A stretch of 63,803 nucleotides of DNA, filler included, from Octopus bimaculoides (taxonomy: Eukaryota), in assembly GCF_001194135.2 (NCBI RefSeq). It is 4 parts of 4 records of this genome, joined end to end, with 100 filler letters (N's around TTAATTAATTAA, not from the genome) between each part and the next. Parts side by side here need not be neighbours in the genome. Positions count along the whole stretch, not along the records: positions 1 to 27,139 come from NC_068989.1; positions 27,240 to 47,333 come from NC_068983.1; 2 more parts are not named here. One strand, 5' to 3'. Of the stretch, positions 23,792 through 37,279 are shown piece by piece. The notes under the pieces are model-generated. The model did not search any database. It saw only the letters and a list, made by a program, of their open reading frames with translations, and had not been told where the DNA came from. Positions within the stretch are counted from its first letter, which is position 1. Every line of letters begins with the position of its first letter. The position numbers and the translations under genes were made by a program.

Positions 23792-25660
23792 TTTTCATTT
23801 ATTTTCCACCAGGGCGAAGGATGAGGGAAAGAATACAAAGACAGACATAAGGTGTGGGTGTTTACATATAATGAAACGATAAAATAACTTTTAAAAATGT
23901 AAAAAAAAAAACAAAAACGCGGTATACAATGAAAAGGAAAGGATATATACATAGTATACAAAGGTTTAAAGAAAAAAATGGTGGGGGATATAGCCCTCCT
24001 GATACAGGACGACCTCTAGGGATAATAGAGGAATCCCACTGTCCGAGATTTCCTTGAACATCGAGAGCAAGTGCCCTCTCCAATTCCTTCTCTCGGATTC
24101 ACAGGTCTACACTTAGAGAGTTACCATCCACTGTTGCCATTTTCGCAACTTTCACCCACCTTTCAATAAACTCATTCGAGGACAGCACTTCCTTCTCCAC
24201 CCCGAATTTCCTTTTCAAGAGAAACTTGAAGAAGTCAATGAGAGCTCTACCAAAGAGGAATGTATCTGTCCTCATGCCTTCCAGCAACCTCTTTCGCCAC
24301 AGCCAGGAAACTGCCTTGTCTGCCCGATTGAAGGAAGGCGACGGGGCAATTATCACTCGGCCGATAGACGGATCCGTCCCACATGTGACAGCAGCTACTC
24401 GACATAACCCCACAAATCAGTAATGCCCGGACACCGAGCGAGTACACGCAAAACGGTTTTGTCACTCTGCGTGAATCTCGGAGGACAAGCCCATCTGACA
24501 GTATATCCATCCCTGTAGAGTTTATTTCGAACCAGTAGCACCCCAACGGTAGCACTGTTAGGCCAAGGACATCTGGAAATTAGCCATGATAGTCCCCGGC
24601 CATAAAGTCCTCCAGAACAGACTAACCAGTTCATCGGCGCCCAGAGTCCCCCCGAGAACGTCGTCGCACTTCCCCGCCACTAATCCTCTATAAATTTCTA
24701 AAACGGAACATCCACCGATCCCATTGTCCGATTGGTAGAAGGCTGTGAGCGCCTGACGATATTCTAAGTGCCAGGCGCCCATTCTCGGTCATTTCTTCAC
24801 TCAGGACTTCAGCTCCGTCAAGGAGACGAGCTGCGGAAAGACAAACCTCACGAACGAAGCTCACACACGCTCACCGCCCAGAAATCGTTGCAGGTGGCGT
24901 AACTTAAGAACATGTCTGCGCATTAGTTGCCATAGCATACCTAATCCGCCACTCAGTGGATGCTGGAAACAGACTGATCGCCTGGCCATTGGAACGCGTC
25001 CCTTCCACAAGAATTTAGGTAAGAGACACTCCAACCTGGTCAAGCAGTAATTGGGACAAGGCATGACGGTCAGGCGATAAATGATAATGGAGGCGATGTA
25101 GTCATTTGCCATCTCTGCCCGACCTTTCATGGACAGCTTCTTCTCAGCCCATTTCTGGGTAAGACTGGCCACCCTATTCGCCACTTCGTCTCAGTTCTTA
25201 TCAACTTGGAGGTCGGGACCAAACTAACCCCCGACAGTTTAACTGGTTCGTCGATCCAGCGTCTGACAACGCCGTCCGATGGCATCAACCTGCCTCTCCA
25301 AGAACCTAATCGCAAAACCAATGATTTGTCGGCGTTCATTTTAGCCTCTGCAACCAACTCATATTCCTTTAGGATGGTGCCAACCGTCTCCACTTCGGAG
25401 GCGCCCGACACCATGACGGTGACATCGTCTGTGTATGCCGACACTGCCCTTCCGTACCTCGGTTCGAAAGGAATGCCCCTTAACTGTTCCAGCTTACGCA
25501 GCAGTGGCTTGAGTGCCAATACGTAGAGAAGAGGTGCCCGTAAGTAGAGAAGAGGCGACAACGAGTAGCTCTGATGGACCGAGCGTGCAATGCCAAACGG
25601 TTCTGCAAACGGTTCCGATAGGAAACCGTTTACATTGACCACTGAACAGCTGCTGCTGCT
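23790..25660 (-). mobile_element. Tx1/L1-clade LINE, 5'-truncated, RT to 3' UTR
   Basis: VHQSYSLSPLLY, SAYTDDVT, KLSMKGRA, FLWKG, GGLGM, ERWVKV; (ATT)n tail. Confidence 0.85.
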
Positions 25661-25679
25661 GCTGCTAATAATAATAATC

Positions 25680-25754
<75 letters not shown>

Positions 25755-25755
25755 G

Positions 25756-25789
<34 letters not shown>

Positions 25790-25799
<10 letters not shown>

Positions 25800-26690
25800 G
25801 TTTCTTTATTGGCCACAAAGGCCAAACACAAAAACGAATAGAGACAATACAATCAAGAGACGCGTGGGATTTAACACAAGAATCGAGTAAATAATAAAAT
25901 AACAATGACAAAAAGAAAAGTCTAACAACTAAAATCCCCAATAGGGGAGAGTTCCACCCATGATCAACCAAGGCGCACCACACCTCCTGGTCACCCTGAT
26001 CGCCAAGAGCGTCTTAGGCAGGCACCCCTACAAGTGAATGTTCAACTTTCTTTCTTGACCACATGGGTCACGAAACCTCAGAAGAATACAAGTATAAAGG
26101 ACAATAGAGAATACACAAAGACATGTATGTAAACAATAAAGAAAACAATAGCAATTAACAATTAACAGCAAAATTCCTTAATGGGAGTAAGGGATACCAC
26201 GGTTAATATCTAGATCCACACCCGGTGGAAACATTTTTTTAAAATAGTGTAGCAGTTGAAATGCACCGTATATGAAAGAAATATGAAGGAAAAAAATGCG
26301 CGCTGACAAACGGGGTGCGGTGGGGAGGTGAACCAGGAACCCACGGACAAGTGCTCCTCTCCTCCGTTCTTTCAAGTCTACAAGTGCATGCTAGGAACAG
26401 GTCGTTTCACTCGGGTCATTCTCGCTAATTTCACCCAAATTTTCGCAAATGTACTGGTGCAGCACTTCACTGTCCACCACCGACGATTTCGCAGAAAAGT
26501 AAAATGTTTTCAAACAACAACAACAAGAATAATAATAACAACGATGATTTCTTTCATTTGCCACCAGGGCGAAGGATGAGGGGAACAATACAAAGACAGA
26601 CATGAAGTGTTGGGGGTTTACATATGAAATGATTAAAAATACTGAAAGTATTTACGGCATACAATAAAATAAAAAGAAGGGAGGTTCAGT
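25790..26690 (-). mobile_element. Further Tx1-like 3' fragments (C-terminus and 3' UTRs)
   Basis: 3' UTR motif CCCTCATCCTTCGCCCTGGTGG is shared by 23810 and 26560; (ATT)n tails at about 25665-25790 and 26510-26540. Confidence 0.55.
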
Positions 26691-27239
26691 TATCAATAAT
26701 GATGATAACAATCCTTTCTAATATAGGCACAAGGCCTGAAATTTGAGGGAGAGGGATAGTCGATTACATCGACCGCAGGACTCAACTGGTACTTGATTTA
26801 TCGACCCCGAAAGGAAGAAAGGCAAAGTCAACTTCGGCGGAATTTGAACTCAGAACTTAGCGACTGGCGAAATACCGCTATTTTATCCAGCGTGCTAACG
26901 ATTAAGAAAAACATTATAGACAGGACGAAACAAAGAATATGCGTGTGAGTGGGTGGTGTTGAGGGTTTTGCGTGTAAACAAGACTAACAAAATTTCAACT
27001 AAATCAACGATGTGTGACCCTCAATAGGGAGAAGACGTTTGAGGGCTGCTCATGGAAAAATCTCATAAAAAACAAGGCGTACTCTAACTTTTGGGGAAGA
27101 TGCCTTTTTTTCCTTTCTGTTTTTTTTTCTTTTTTTTTTNNNNNNNNNNNNNNNNNNNNNNNNNNNNNNNNNNNNNNNNNNNNTTAATTAATTAANNNNN
27201 NNNNNNNNNNNNNNNNNNNNNNNNNNNNNNNNNNNNNNN

Positions 27240-27276
<37 letters not shown>

Positions 27277-27662
27277 GTATAAAATATATATATTGTATGT
27301 AGTTATATATATATATAACACATGCTTATACACACACACATAGACAGGTACAAATGTGTCAATATACATATGTTTGTGTATGTATTTAAGCTTGTGTGTA
27401 CGTGCTCAAGTATTTCTTTACATACTTACGTATGTATGCAAGCATTTATGTATATGTGTATGTACATATGTTCGCATTCACATATATCAGAGATGTCAGC
27501 AGGAAGAGTTTATCTCAGTGACAGATGACTCCATTTTCACAGGGCGACAAGTGTTGACGTACTTGCTCAACAGCCACCCTCACTAAATCGTCAGTCTTAC
27601 CCAACAATCTAACTTCTATTTGCTGGAACGTTTTTTCTACTTCTTCGTTATTTAGTTTCTCC

Positions 27663-27704
<42 letters not shown>

Positions 27705-28899
27705 ACACACACACACACCTTTAATATACTTTGAATAGTCTGAGAGAGTATCCAGAATGTTCGTGTGATAAAATTTAATGTTTACATACGTAACACAAAG
27801 TCCACGACAGTTAACGATCCCATTTTCACTGTCACACGTGAGGCAGCTTCCATACAGTTGCTAGTTCTGCAAAAGATAGCAGCCAAATCTCCGTCAAATC
27901 ACATTTAACTGTCTTGTATAAAAACACGACATTTGATGAAGCTGTCATACCCCACAAAAGATGGTCGTGGTTGGACCGCCTTTGTTTATAGGTCTACCCA
28001 ATCGGGATTGGACTAGGGTTACAAAACAACAGTAATATCAGCAAATCATAGGGCAACTCAATGAGGATTAACCTAGGGCTAAACAACTACATTTACAATA
28101 ACAGAGATGTTATATTCCGTCACCAGAAATAGCTACGAAACCCTCTTCAAATTATACATGACTATCTTAGGAAGGATACACTGATCGATATAGTCCCAGA
28201 TAAACATACGTACTGTGTTTGACGAAGAAAAACTGTATGGCCCTGTTCAAAGATGTATGCATGAATTCTGGCGGGAGGACTCAGTCAAAATGTCTGCCGT
28301 TACACGTCCTGCAGGCCACGGCTTCGTAGTCTCCGTTGCAGCAGTCCATGTAATGTCTTGCAACCCGTAAAGTGTACACAAAGCATTGAGCAGCATTCAT
28401 GATTTCAGCATTTCAATGCCAGCGCGAATCTTCATGATAAGGTAAATCTTTTCCAATATTCACATGGCTTTCAGTCCTCTATGTCAGCTAACTTTTTCTC
28501 AGCTATAAATTTAATCTTTATGCTCTACAATGCCGTTCACTGTTCACCGATACATCAAGCTGTTCCAGAAAAAAAAGAGGAGACATAAAAGAAATCGTCA
28601 AATTTAACCCATACGTCCAGTATATTATTACCTGATCTATATTCTTCGGTGGACGACTTTAACTTTTATCATTTGGAATCGATAAGATAAATAGCAGCCA
28701 TGTCTTAGCAATCGATACAATTGATCATACTCTTCACCGAAAAATGTCAATGTAAGAAATTGTTAATCTATGAAGACTAACAAAAACACCACATCAAAAC
28801 AGGAAAGGGGAAACACCAATTATTATGGACAATATTTTGAAAGAAATATTACTATATGATTTATCTGATCGGAAATATCTGCTTGACAACCTTTACACT

Positions 28900-29500
28900 T
28901 CCATTTATCATCGATCACAAAGTATGCAATGGAAAATATCAGCCTGCTTGTTCATATTTATTCCAGGTTTACACTTCTCGTTTTGCTCCCAGCTCTAAAC
29001 TGCGGACACACAGCGATCCACACATGCGCAACAAAATCTTCGGAAATATTCCTTCTTGACATGTTCTGTTGCACCAGAACGTATTCACAGTCACTAAATA
29101 AAGAGAAAAAAAAAACATCGATTACTCCTGTGCGACAAAGAAATTGACGCTCTGTCCTTTCCAACGCCCTCAATCAGACATTTATAGGACAGTGAGTCAT
29201 CATCTGCCTCAAATTATGCTGTATGGCAAACTCACTGCATGCTGCCGTGAGAAGAAAAGCAACAAAGAAAAGGTAAAATTAACTTTGAAGAAATCCCTTA
29301 GTGCATAATACATTTACCATCACCAGTGGATTAATTAAGCCACCATTTGATAAAGGGTGTATCGCTATGCTTTGCGAAAGCATGTAGGGCTGCCTTTAAG
29401 AACCAACGACACAGCAGCTCCTAAATTTGAACAGAATTTCCTTACAGCTGCTGCTGGGTGTACCTATTTCGTATTTGCTCAGCCAGCCACCAGCGGGCCT
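28900..29500 (+). mobile_element. Highly decayed RTE 3' coding region
   Basis: LPQIMLYGKLTACCREKKSNKEKVKLTLKKSL resembles the RTE LPKxLLYGEL...KxxLKxSL motif. Confidence 0.45.
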
Positions 29501-29869
29501 ACAGGTAGCATGAACACCCCGCCTCCATCAATTTTCGTTTGCGAAACCAACTTATATTTCGCGTCATCAGTTTTTATCTTGAATGCCAACATCGCATTTC
29601 TAGGGTGTTATCGCTTTTATTATTCTTTGAGTGTCATTCATGAGTCATAACAAGACGTTTTACTTACGACCCGTAATGTCATTAGTCTGTTCGGTGTCAT
29701 AGACGGTTTGAAAACACACCAACACCTACACCACCCCCGTCTGCCTGTCATTAAAAACATTGTCAACACCATCGGCCTAACAACATGGCCACCATTATGG
29801 ACTCTAATACTACCTTTACCAAAATTTCTGCCACCATTATCTTCAGTACTGTCATCGACAATTGGTTTC

Positions 29870-32220
29870 AAATTTTGGAACAAGGCCAGAAATTTCAGGA
29901 CGGGCCTCAACTGGTACTGATTTTATCGATACTGAAACCATGAAGAGTAAAGTCGACTTCGGCACAATTTGAACAAAGAACGTAAAGACAAACCACAATC
30001 CGCTCAGCATTTTTTCCAACGTGCTAACGATTCTTTTCTACTCTAGGCACAAGGCCCGAAATTTTGGAGGAGGGGGGCCAGTCGATTTGATCAACCCCAG
30101 TACGCAGCTGGTACTTAATGTATCGACTCCGAAAGGATGAAAGGCAAAATCGACCTCGGCGGAATTTGAACTCAGAACGTAAAGACAGACGAAATAGCGC
30201 TAAGCATTTCGCCCGGCGCGCTAACGTTCCTGCCAGTTAGCCTCCTTCACTATCGTCAACATTACCACTGTACCGACACTGACACAATTTTCTCCGTCAC
30301 TAGAAAATAAAACCGCTACAACCATGTCTCTGACACTAAGAACACTAACATCAACATCATCACTAGCACCAACACGAATATTACAACAAACATCATTACC
30401 ACCATAAGCACTATCAACAACACCATCATCAAACAACAAATGAACCTACATGCTGACACTACCAGCTTGAATTAGCAGCCGAATTCTACCTAAATCACAA
30501 ACTACAGTAAAAAATAAATAAAGGTTCTATAATGTAGTTTTTGTTATACAAAAATGGTCAACGCAGGAATGTCCTTGGTCATAGGTGTGCTCAGTCAGGC
30601 CTCACATGGACCAGAATAACAGCAATAATAATGATAATCCTTTCTACTATTGACGCAAGGCCTGAATTTGGGGGAGGAGACTAGTCGATTACATCGCGCC
30701 CAGTACTCAACTGGCAGTTAATTTATAAAGCCTAAAGGATGAAAGTCAAAGTCGTCTTTTGCGAAATTTGAACTTGGCATAAAGTCAGACGAAATGCCGC
30801 TAAGCGTTTTGCAAGGCGTGCTAAAGATTCTGCCACCTCGCCGCCTTAATAACAATAGTAATAATCCTTTCTACTAAAGGCACTAGGTTTGAAATTTGTT
30901 GGGAAAGGACTAGTCTATTGCATCGACCCCAGTGTTTCACTGGTACTTAATTTATCGACTTCGATGGGATGAAAAGCAAAGTCGACTCTGGCAGAATTTG
31001 AACTTAGAATGCAGCGGCAAGCGAAATACATACAACAGTAATAATAATAATCGTTTCTACTGGGGACACAAGGCCTCAAATTTTGGTGGAGGGACTAGTC
31101 GCTTACACTGGTACTCAATTTATCGACCCCCGAAAGGATGAAAGTCTAAGGCGGAACTTGAACTCAGAACGTAGTGGCAGACGAAATACCGCTAAGCATT
31201 TCACCTTGTGTGCTTACGATTCTGCCAGCTCACCGCCTTAGCAACAATAATGATAATACCATCATTACAAACCATTATCAGGCGGTAAGCTGGCAGAACC
31301 GTTAGCACGCCGAGTAAAATTCTTAGCAGTATTTCGTCCGCTTTCATGTTCTGAGTTCAAATTCCACCAAAGTTGACTTTGCCTTTCATCATCCTTTCAG
31401 TGTCGATAAAATAAGTACTTTCTGGCCATGTGCTAAAATTTGAAACCTTTATTATTACCAAGGCGGTGAGCTGACACAATCGTAAACACTCGGGATTAAA
31501 TGCTTAGCAGCATTTCGTTCGTCTTTATGTTCTGAGTTCAAATTCCTCCAAGGTCGACTTCCCTTTCATCCTTTTGGGGTCGATAAAATAAGTACCAGTT
31601 AAGTACTGGTGTCGTTGTTATCAAATTACACCTCCTCACAAAATTTCAAGCCTTGTGCATTTACTAGAAGGGATTATTACAACCAACATCCCTTCGGTGG
31701 AGGCATGCCGCTTAGTGGTTAGGGTGTTGGACTTATGATGGTAAGATTATAGTTTCGACTCCTGGACCGAGCGACGCGTTGCGTTCTTGAGCAAACCACT
31801 TCATTTCATGTTGCTCCAGTCCACTCAGCTGGCACAAATGAGTAATCCTGGGCCGGACCGGCGACCCGTCCATGTGGGGAATATATACGCCATGAAACCG
31901 GGAAACTGGCCTTATGAGTCTGTATGACTCGGGAAGGAACTTCACTTTTACTTACATCCATTCGCGTCCTGTTTCTAGCATTTCTTGTGCCACGTAGAAA
32001 TCTCCGTTGCTTGATTATTGGTGCTCATAATAATACCGTTAACGTAAAGCGTTTAGCTGGCAGAATCGTTAGCGCGCCGGGCAAAATGCTTCACAGCATC
32101 TCGTTTGTCTTTACGCTTTGAGTTCAAATTCCACCGGGATTGACTTTGCCTTTTATCCTTTCGGGGTTGATTAAATAAATACCAGTTGAGTACTGATGTT
32201 AATGTTATCGAATTACCCTG
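29870..32220. mobile_element. Cluster of at least 8 family-A SINEs plus one family-C SINE
   Basis: Minus-strand copies at about 29870, 30035, 30635, 30865 and 31050; plus-strand copies at about 31280, 31455 and 32050; family C at 31700-31940. Confidence 0.8.
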
Positions 32221-33269
32221 CGAAAGGAAGGTTTATTGCAACCCACATCCCTTAGAGTGTTGTTTCTAACATTTCGTGTATCACGTAGAGGTCTTCGTCG
32301 CTTGCTCATTGCTGGTCACAATAATACTTATTATGATGGAGATAGCGATATTCTGTGGTGTTGAGAGTAATTATAATGGCACTGTTAAAATTGTAGTCGT
32401 GGTGATATTAATCGCGATGGAGGTGGTGGTACAAGAGAATGAGATAGAGAGACAAAAAGAGAGCCAAGGCAAGATGTAGGAAGATTATATAAATATGTTA
32501 TACGTATGTATAAGTATACACACACACATTTATGTATAAATATATATGCGTATATACATATACGTACGAACACACACGCACACGCACACACCCATCTTCC
32601 ATTCCCTATTAATAACACTGGCAACAATCATCAGCCGGCCATAACAGATGCCGTTCATTAATGATGACAGCTAAGTTTGATACTGATGACTTTTAAAAGA
32701 CGTTTCAGCTTGTCTTCTCCACCTGAACATTGTATGTACACTGCCTTCTCTTACATGTCATACCGCATTCGCTTAATTCTCACTTTACAGCTTGTGCTCA
32801 ACAAACACACATATACAGAGGGAGAAAAGGGGAAGAAGGAGAAATAGAAAGAAGGGAAAGAGAGAGAGAGAGAGAGAGAGAGACGTCAGTTCACATTATA
32901 CTGTTATCCACAAACACACACACACACACACATACACAAGCATTCATAGACACATTTTAAAACGCATACGCGCAATTTCACACACTAATACATTTATACA
33001 TGCGTCATATTGCATTGTCTTGGATATCCTTTTCATAAAACCAGAAACACACACACACACGTACAAACATACACACACACACATGGACACACACGCGCGC
33101 AGATACACACACATATACGTGCATGTATTTATTCATAAAGACATATAGATACGTAAACACGCATTCATATTGTACAAATACGCATGCTCCATTAAATGGA
33201 CTATAGATAGAGATAGTCCCTTATCCTGTCGTAATACACTTATAAAATATTTTATGGGTTTCCGTATGT

Positions 33270-33290
33270 TCGCGTGCACACACACACACA

Positions 33291-33333
<43 letters not shown>

Positions 33334-33390
33334 ACAAACACACACACATACAGATATATATTACATTACATTATATATATTATATATATG

Positions 33391-33424
<34 letters not shown>

Positions 33425-33953
33425 TGTATAGATAGATAGATAGATAGATACACACACATTTATGTATGTTCGTATACATGTATGTATAAATGTATGTAAT
33501 TGTGCGTGTGTGTGTTTGTATGTGTGTATGCATGTACATATGATTCTTTAATCGATAACCGATGAGGGTTAACAAGCCACGTCCTGTGTGGGAGTTTTCT
33601 CTGTTTACCACACGTTCCTTCATTTTCCTGTGTCATATTTTACAATATACATGATGCGTGCATATAAGTGAGTGTGCATGGGTGTGTGTGTGTGTATGTG
33701 TGTGTGTGTATGTGTGTGTGTATGTGTGTGCGTGCGTGTATGTGATACTAATTTCATGGAGCACTAATTCCAAAAGCGGTTAACTCTATCTCCGTGTATA
33801 TATATACACCTCGGTGTAAAAGGATAGAATTACATATGGTGTCTTTTTACAAAAGCTTAATATATATTTACATGCATACATAGAAACATACACACGCACA
33901 CACATATATAGACATGTATATTATGTATATGTATATATATATACAGTATATAC

Positions 33954-34017
<64 letters not shown>

Positions 34018-34230
34018 TATGTATATTTGTATATGTATACATATATATATGTATATATATATAATATATATGTGTATATATATATATACATATATTTATA
34101 TACATAATTACACATATATATGTATATATGTGTGTGTACATACACGTAAATAAATAAATACATACATGCATGGAAATATGATATATAAATGTGTGTATGT
34201 ATGTATGTATCTATGTATGTATCTATGTAT
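33270..34230. repeat. Long compound (CA)n/(TA)n/(TATG)n/(TAGA)n microsatellite region
   Basis: Direct simple repeats with short unique spacers. Confidence 0.9.
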
Positions 34231-34879
34231 GTATAATAAAACAGGAAATTTGAGATTTGGGAGTGTATTATTCATTCAACATTACATATGTTTCATATGC
34301 GAATAGGATTTATTTTTATTTTAGATAAATATGTAAGAAATTTCGTATTAGAAATAGACATAGCAATACTGTTCAGTACCACTGTACAAAGAGAATAAAA
34401 GAGTAATACAATAAATGATGTTGTAGGGTAAAGTACAGTCCTTGCAGTACAATAATAAATTTTAAAATTAATATTTTATAATGAATATTATAGTTGTTGC
34501 TATAATGCTACGTCGGAGATATAGATTAAGCTGCTGGAGAAGATAATGTCTGAAATATCACTAACGTTGTTAGCTATTGCTCTTCTAGATATGCTTTGTT
34601 CTTATCAACCGCTATAGCTTATTCCGCAATATATGAGAAATTATACATGGATGTACTTGACATGAAATTTTGGTGTTAAATAAGATGTACTTTATTGAGT
34701 TCTCTTATCTATGTGCTTTGTCGTGCTTATACTATACATCATATAAGTTGAGCATGTATGTATGTATCATATATATATATATANNNNNNNNNNNNNNNNN
34801 NNNNNNNNNNNNNNNNNNNNNNNNNNNNNNNNNNNNNNNNNNNNNNNNNNNNNNNNNNNNNNNNNNNNNNNNNNNNNNN

Positions 34880-35295
34880 ATGTTCCTTATTACATGGGAA
34901 ATGAAAGTAAATGTTCATATTTCAAAGTAAGCACCGGTGGCGCCAACCAGCTTCCCCAAACGGCCAGGGATGGAATGAACAACCTTCTGAAGTACGTCGT
35001 CTGGGATATCATTAAGAACCTCCTGAATCTGTGTCTCTAAGTCCTTCAGTGTGCGAGGTTTTGTCTTGTACTCCTCCTTTTTTGTGTAACCCCACAGATA
35101 AAAATCACATGGAGTGAGATCTGGACTTTCTGGAGTTCTGGACTTCTGGACTTCTGCGGTCACAGTCCTCAGGTTTTAGCTCCTGCTCATTATGCGGTTT
35201 CCACGTACGAAAATTCTATTCTTTATGCAACACCGTACGTATTGTGCGTCTTGTTAGTCCACTTGCACGAGTTGCTTGACGTGTTGATTTTTACG
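34880..35295 (-). mobile_element. Internally deleted maT/rosa-like mariner
   Basis: HTH region (RSP.KSTRQATRASGLTRRTIRTVL...WKPH) is joined directly to SPDLTPCDFYLWGY...GAYFE. Confidence 0.8.
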
Positions 35296-35299
35296 GGCT

Positions 35300-35590
35300 G
35301 CGTTTAAACATTTCCTGTACTGTTGCCACGGTGTCCACTGATCGGGATGGAGTTTGACGTCGACCATCTTGCATCGTTCACAAAGCCTGTGGTCATCAGC
35401 TTTGCATGACAACTCTTCATTGTTTCCGGATGTAGTGCTGCATGCTTACCTTTCCATATATGCCACCATCTCTGAATCAAAACAATGGAATTCCACACCA
35501 TGTCGCGCACATATGGTTGTGATGCATGTGCCTGGTGTATCCTTATCTGACGGATAGTCATGATGGGTATACTGGGCGTCATGTATTTTT
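35300..35590 (-). mobile_element. Tc1-like transposase relic
   Basis: AHASQPYVRDMVWNSI resembles RHT.P.PG.MVWG.I; MQDGRRQT resembles FQQDNARPHT. Confidence 0.4.
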
Positions 35591-35631
35591 ACTCCAGTGT
35601 CATTTTGAAGGCATGCACTGCTCTCTCATTC

Positions 35632-35666
<35 letters not shown>

Positions 35667-37279
35667 TGCAGTGAAATGGAGGTTGTCTTCGATAGACCTT
35701 TCTAGGTTGATACATGTCCAAGTATCAAAGACAAAGCGTTCAATGAAATGCGCCAACCTCTTGGCTAACATATTGGCTAAGATCTTCAAGATTTAACAAT
35801 GTTACAAACCCAAAGTTATCGAAGTCGTCGTTACCCTTGTTCTAGTCCATACTCAAGTACCAGTTGTGAATTGAGATCGATGTAATCGACTATCTCTTCC
35901 CCTAACAAAGTTCAGGCCTTGTGTCTATAGTAGAAAGGATTATTACCATTGCTGTTGGGCGGTGGGGTGGCAAAATTGTTGGCACACCGGACAAAATGTT
36001 TCGTGGTATTTTTTGCGGCTTTAAGTTCTGAGTTGAAATTCCGTGGGGATCGAATTTGCCTTTGATCCTTTCAGGGTCAATAAAATAAGTATCAGTTAAG
36101 CACTGGAATTGATGTAATCGACAATCCCGCTCCCACCAAATTTTAATCGTTGTACCTATAGTAGAAAGGATTATTGTTGATTTTCTTTTGCTCCTGATCT
36201 GCCGTGTTTGATGAAACCTATGAAAGAAGCCGTTCAGCGTCTGATCATCACGTATGCATTTAATGTTTAATGTATACAGTACTACATTATTTTTAATTCA
36301 TGTTTCCTGCACTTATTTTTTTATGACGGAAGAGTGTGATGGGAAATATTTGGCTACAATTTCAAAATATCACGAAGAGGAAACCACTTTAGCTTCTAAT
36401 TATCCTTGCTGAAATTGAACTCGGGACAGCAATTTTGGTAGTTATGCAAAACAGTACCTCTATTCTATAGCCTCTTCTTTTCTCCATAATTACTCTCTTT
36501 ATCCAATCTTAAATTAACTCAGTAATGAGCAAATGAAAACTCGTTGCCTGCAGTACGATACGAACTTCCGTCTCAATTTTTCACTCAAATCTACAGATTT
36601 TACTGTGGCATATGGCTGCAAAGATGAAGAAAATGTAAGATTAGCGATCCATTTATACGAACAATTTCTTTGAAATGCACGTCTCTATTTTCCCCCTTTC
36701 TAATATTTCTTTCAAATTTCTTTCAATCTGCCCAAATCCTCGATGACCTTTTAGTTCCATACATGAAAGCTGGCTGTCAGCTTACGGTTAATTAATAGAG
36801 AATCCTTGGAGCGATAAAAAATACTTTTGATCAAGAAAACTGTTATATCTGACTACATAACCGTTTCACTAATATAAATGGAGAGAGGAATCACGCTGTG
36901 GTCCTTAATTGACCGACTTGTGAGCTCATCAATAAACCACTTATAGGTTTATGTTCACTACAACCCCTCCTTTTGTATTTTATAGACATGACGTCGCTAT
37001 TCATGCTTTGCTTATTTTACTGGTTGAATAAATCTGGATGAAGGTTTGTTGTGAGCGGCAATACGATAAAAGCTTGTATCTTGTGATTAACTTTTAGATG
37101 GGGTGATGGAGTGTTGTAAGGTGCAGCTAAGTTTCTACAATCCTTCTGACTAATGCCAAATGGTTGCCTAATGGGTTCACACATTTAATTGCAGTTGGAC
37201 AAAGATTAAAATTACTGACTCAGTATAACGGATCGAATTCAGGAAAGAAATATATTTCTACTACAACGAATATCTCCAT

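Noticed and set aside
27184-27195. TTAATTAATTAA islands between N runs (also 47378-47389 and 62547-62558)
   Set aside because: The fixed 44N-12-44N pattern is an assembly gap marker, not biology.
32683-32706. CTGATGA followed by palindromic CTTTTAAAAG and GTTTC
   Set aside because: GAAAC is on the opposite strand from CTGATGA, so no hammerhead can form on one strand.
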